64,000 bases of DNA from Utricularia gibba. Its lineage: Eukaryota; Plantae; Magnoliophyta. The notes beneath the pieces are model-generated. The model did no database searches. It was not told the origin of the DNA and saw only the letters and a list, made by a program, of their open reading frames with translations. The stretch spans positions 248,001 to 312,000 of the forward strand of contig CM007989.1 in assembly GCA_002189035.1 (NCBI GenBank). Reading direction: 5' to 3'. Of this stretch, positions 60,235 through 64,000 are shown piece by piece (within the stretch, counting starts at the first letter, position 1; each line of letters opens with the position of its first letter). The position numbers and the translations under genes were made by a program.

Positions 60235-61220
60235 TCACACAGGCATCCTCAGAGCATGAACAGCGACTCTATTGTTGTGCACAACGTCCAGCTGCTTCAC
60301 TTTCACATGGTTGATTCTCATCGGCGATAATGGACCGCCGCCGCCTGAGGTGGTTATCTCCAGGTTCCGACCGCGTACCATCGTCGGTAAGAGGGTGCCT
60401 CTGGGTAGAGCTAACAAGTCGTTTGCAGAAAGAACCTTGTTGGGCACAACGTGGAATCCTAGCTCTGCCGCGTAATTGTGCATCTGGACGCCGTCGCCGT
60501 AAGTGAAGATGGTTTCGTCGTCGACGGCGAAAAGGGTCATGGACTTAAGCTCTGAAATCTCTGCATATTTGACCCGCATTGATAAAGCCATTATACTGTA
60601 AGCGCTGGTGCGCAGAGTCGACATGGCTTCTTTCAGCATGAGCCGCATCGAGAATAACGCGGCCGTTGATGGGGTTTCTCCGGGAATGAGAGAGTTGTCA
60701 TGCTTTCAATTCGGCAAGAAACAGGGGATAAATGCGTGAGGAAGCCCTGAACAGAGTGGACGATGAGAAGGCCGTTGCTGAAGAGATCTGGTTCCGTGAT
60801 TTCAGCCCCGTTGATAAAAACCGTTGTCGTCTGCTCCTCCGCCGTTGTGGCGGTGATGCTGAGGCAGCGATCGTCGGCAAGCGTTTCGATTTTCGCACCG
60901 AACGGTAATTTGCGGAGGATTTCGAAAGGGTAGAGACCTCGCACGGTGTGCTCTCGGAGGAGACGAATTACAGAGCAAGAACGGCATGTCTGAAGAGAAG
61001 ACTGCTTTGGGGCGAAGATGGTGATGGGAAAGGCGGCGGAGAAGTTATCAGACACAGCGGCAGTTGCGAGGTCTTGAAAACTATGTTCCGCGAGAACGGC
61101 AGCGATGAGGGGTTTGCATTCAGATGGCACGGCGGTCGCCACTGACTCCGCCGCCGTGGAAAACACCCACAGAGAAACAGTAACCGCCATGAGGAAACGG
61201 AGATCAGTGGTTATCGCCAT
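60235..61220 (-). CDS. Fasciclin-like arabinogalactan protein (FLA20/21-like, two FAS1 domains), intronless; apparent -1 frameshift at 60671-60674
   Basis: Signal peptide; FAS1 domain 1 ITIFAP...LLREHTV.GL...LPFGAKIETL...VFINGAEITEPDLFSNGLLIVHSVQG; FAS1 domain 2 MRLMLKEAM..LR...YSIMALSMRVKY..MTLFAVDD...FHVVPN..L...LPTM...MRINHVKV..LDVVHN..VAVHAL. Confidence 0.85.
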
Positions 61221-61308
61221 CGGAGAAAAAAATGGAGAAGCTCCGGAATCTTGAAAACAAAAATGCAAAATGATTGCAGAAGAAATCAATCAACTTGTTA
61301 TTGATCCT

Positions 61309-62175
61309 TTATTCATTTTTCCAGGCACACAATACAAATGAAAACCCATATGAATCCGAAGCAGCAGCAGCAGCATCAGAAGAAGAATCATCCTTTGCTG
61401 TGAAATCACAACGGTAACTCCTAAACAAGAACACTGCGTGATCAACACTACGCCCAAAAATCCAGCTGTAAACATCCCAGTAAACCTCTACGGCTACACC
61501 ATCAACCAAGATCCTTTGGTTCCCTCTGAACTTCCATTTAAGGTGATCCACCTGCAAAACCACATTGTTATCTATGTAGATTGCGAAGACTGACCCTTCG
61601 CTTGAATCATATTCGATTTTCAGGTCATGAAACTGGTGGCTACTGCAGAATTGTGCCTTGGAACTATACAATCTTTTCCCAGAAACATGTTCTCTTCTTG
61701 CAATGAGGTTTGGTTTGGGGGGTGCAGCCGAGGCGATTGACCTAATCTTGTGGGCATGATCTCCGAGCACTAAACAAGGTTGTTGATTCAGAGTGACTGC
61801 CAGAAAGAACCCGTCAACTGGTTCTGGGCTGGCGCCGAATCTGGCAGATGATAGATCCCAACGAATCTCTACCTGTGTAGAAGCAGCTAGTACGTTCTTT
61901 AACCCTCTTCTTTTGGAAAACAGCCATGGCTTGATCTCGACTTTGCAGAGAGTTTCCTTGGACGACTTGTCCAATTCAACGATGAACCCATCTCCTCTCA
62001 AATGCTTGACCCAAGTCACGGTAATGAAACCTGAAAACACTTGAGATTGATGATGGTACACACACGTGACATGCCCCTGGGAGGCAGAGGGTCGATTTGC
62101 TGGCGGCGATGATGAGGAGGAGAAGTCTGCAACTTGAGTTCCACTTTCACCGAAACAGGATGGGAAATCCTTCAT
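61309..62175 (-). CDS. DUF868 family plant protein, intronless
   Basis: MKDFPSCFGESGTQVAD, VTCVY, ITVTW.K, CKVEIKPWLFSKRRG.K, WDLSSARFG..PEP..GFFLAV, LIARREHV.G...Y..KAQF, HLKWKFRGNQRILVDG..VEVYWDVYSW.F, GFSFVLCAWKNE*. Confidence 0.9.
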   Translation of the reverse strand: MKDFPSCFGESGTQVADFSSSSSPPANRPSASQGHVTCVYHHQSQVFSGFITVTWVKHLRGDGFIVELDKSSKETLCKVEIKPWLFSKRRGLKNVLAASTQVEIRWDLSSARFGASPEPVDGFFLAVTLNQQPCLVLGDHAHKIRSIASAAPPKPNLIARREHVSGKRLYSSKAQFCSSHQFHDLKIEYDSSEGSVFAIYIDNNVVLQVDHLKWKFRGNQRILVDGVAVEVYWDVYSWIFGRSVDHAVFLFRSYRCDFTAKDDSSSDAAAAASDSYGFSFVLCAWKNE

Positions 62176-62664
62176 TGGTTCTGAATCATGATTTGGGTAT
62201 CCCACAGATGGGGTGTTGATATAGCTTGAGAAACTGGGAGAAAGGGACATGTGACAAACACAAGGGCCACACTTTTGATGTCTAGTTGCAGCATCATAAT
62301 CACGAGCTGTACTGCGATTCACCCAATGGGGGTGCTGAAAAGAAGCTGCATTGATGTGGAAACTCTTCCTCCCAGAAGTGAAGGCAGAAATGGGCCGGAG
62401 ATTTAGTTGAAAATTTTAACACTTCCGATCCCGATCTCCAGCCAAGTTGATTGATGGGTGGACGTGGGTCAAGGCTGCTGGTAAATTATGTAGCAAAGGG
62501 GTGTGGCTTTAACTCTTCCCTTCATATTCAACACGGCGATATTAAATAGCGTAACTTGAAGGTATCATCACGCCAGATTTAGATTCATTGAATTGGAATC
62601 CAAAAATTAATTCAAAATCAGGAATAAATCAAAAATATATATATTGAATTCGACTTTCAACAAA

Positions 62665-62793
62665 TGGGCCTGCTTGTTCTTGTCCGGCCCATTCCAAGTG
62701 AAAGTGTGAGATCGGGCTACTTCTTTTCTGGCCCATGAGAGGGTACTCTCGGTCCATTACTGGGAATAAAAGGCGGCACATGAGTTAGGGTTT
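62665..62793 (+). promoter_or_regulatory. RPS24 promoter module: three site II elements (TGGGCC 62665; GGCCCA 62686 and 62730) plus telo-box (TTAGGGTTT 62785-62793)
   Basis: Motifs read directly; site II plus telo-box is the established signature of plant ribosomal-protein gene promoters. Confidence 0.75.
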
Positions 62794-62938
62794 CCCTTGC
62801 GATATAGCCGAGCAGGACGCGACGGTGGTAGGCGGCGTAATCAGTTGAATCTGCGGAGCTATAACGTCAGTTTATCGGATTTGTGTTATTTCGTGTATTT
62901 TGCAGCCGTTTTGGTAACATTTTCTCTTTTTACAGGAC

Positions 62939-63852
<914 letters not shown>

Positions 63853-64000
63853 GGTCCCCTTGGTATTTTGCTCACCAGACTGCGAACGCTCCTTCCTTTT
63901 TCCCTGTTTTATGTTTGGAACCATGTTAGCTAAGCTCCCTATTTGTTGATCAGTCATATCAGCATGTGTCTTTTTTGGATGTGAGACGGGTATCCACTCT

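Overview
Plant (eudicot) nuclear DNA, very gene-dense: about 23 protein-coding genes in 64 kb (about 1 per 2.8 kb), mostly short introns (often 55-110 nt) and several gaps of only 88-430 bp between coding regions. In order: CCoAOMT (3' end), WSD1 wax-ester synthase, filament-like plant protein, SUD1/CER9 E3 ligase, tubulin-folding cofactor B, UGT84A glucosyltransferase, LIP1-type lipase, cyclin A3, PLS-E PPR, P-class PPR, clade-D PP2C, polyamine transporter, ALKBH10-like RNA demethylase, a 43-aa DVL/RTFL peptide (below the ORF-track cutoff), R3H-domain protein, ALMT channel, XPD helicase, another P-class PPR, pPLAIII-delta patatin, TIME FOR COFFEE-like, a fasciclin-like AGP, DUF868 protein and RPS24. 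At least 11 apparent -1 frameshifts in 8 genes each fit loss of one base from a short homopolymer (10 of 11 in G/C runs), including two in essential XPD, so they are most likely long-read consensus errors rather than pseudogenes. I found no tRNA, rRNA, conserved miRNA, CRISPR array or intact transposon, and cannot claim a clearly novel system. The best leads are the DUF868-FLA pair separated by only 88 bp (possible shared, dicistronic or nested transcription), the hidden DVL peptide, four GC-AG introns, a patatin lacking both catalytic residues, an in-frame stop in the TIC-like gene, and a lipid/phenylpropanoid gene neighbourhood at 0-21.5 kb. Family assignments come from my recall of homologous sequences, not from database searches.
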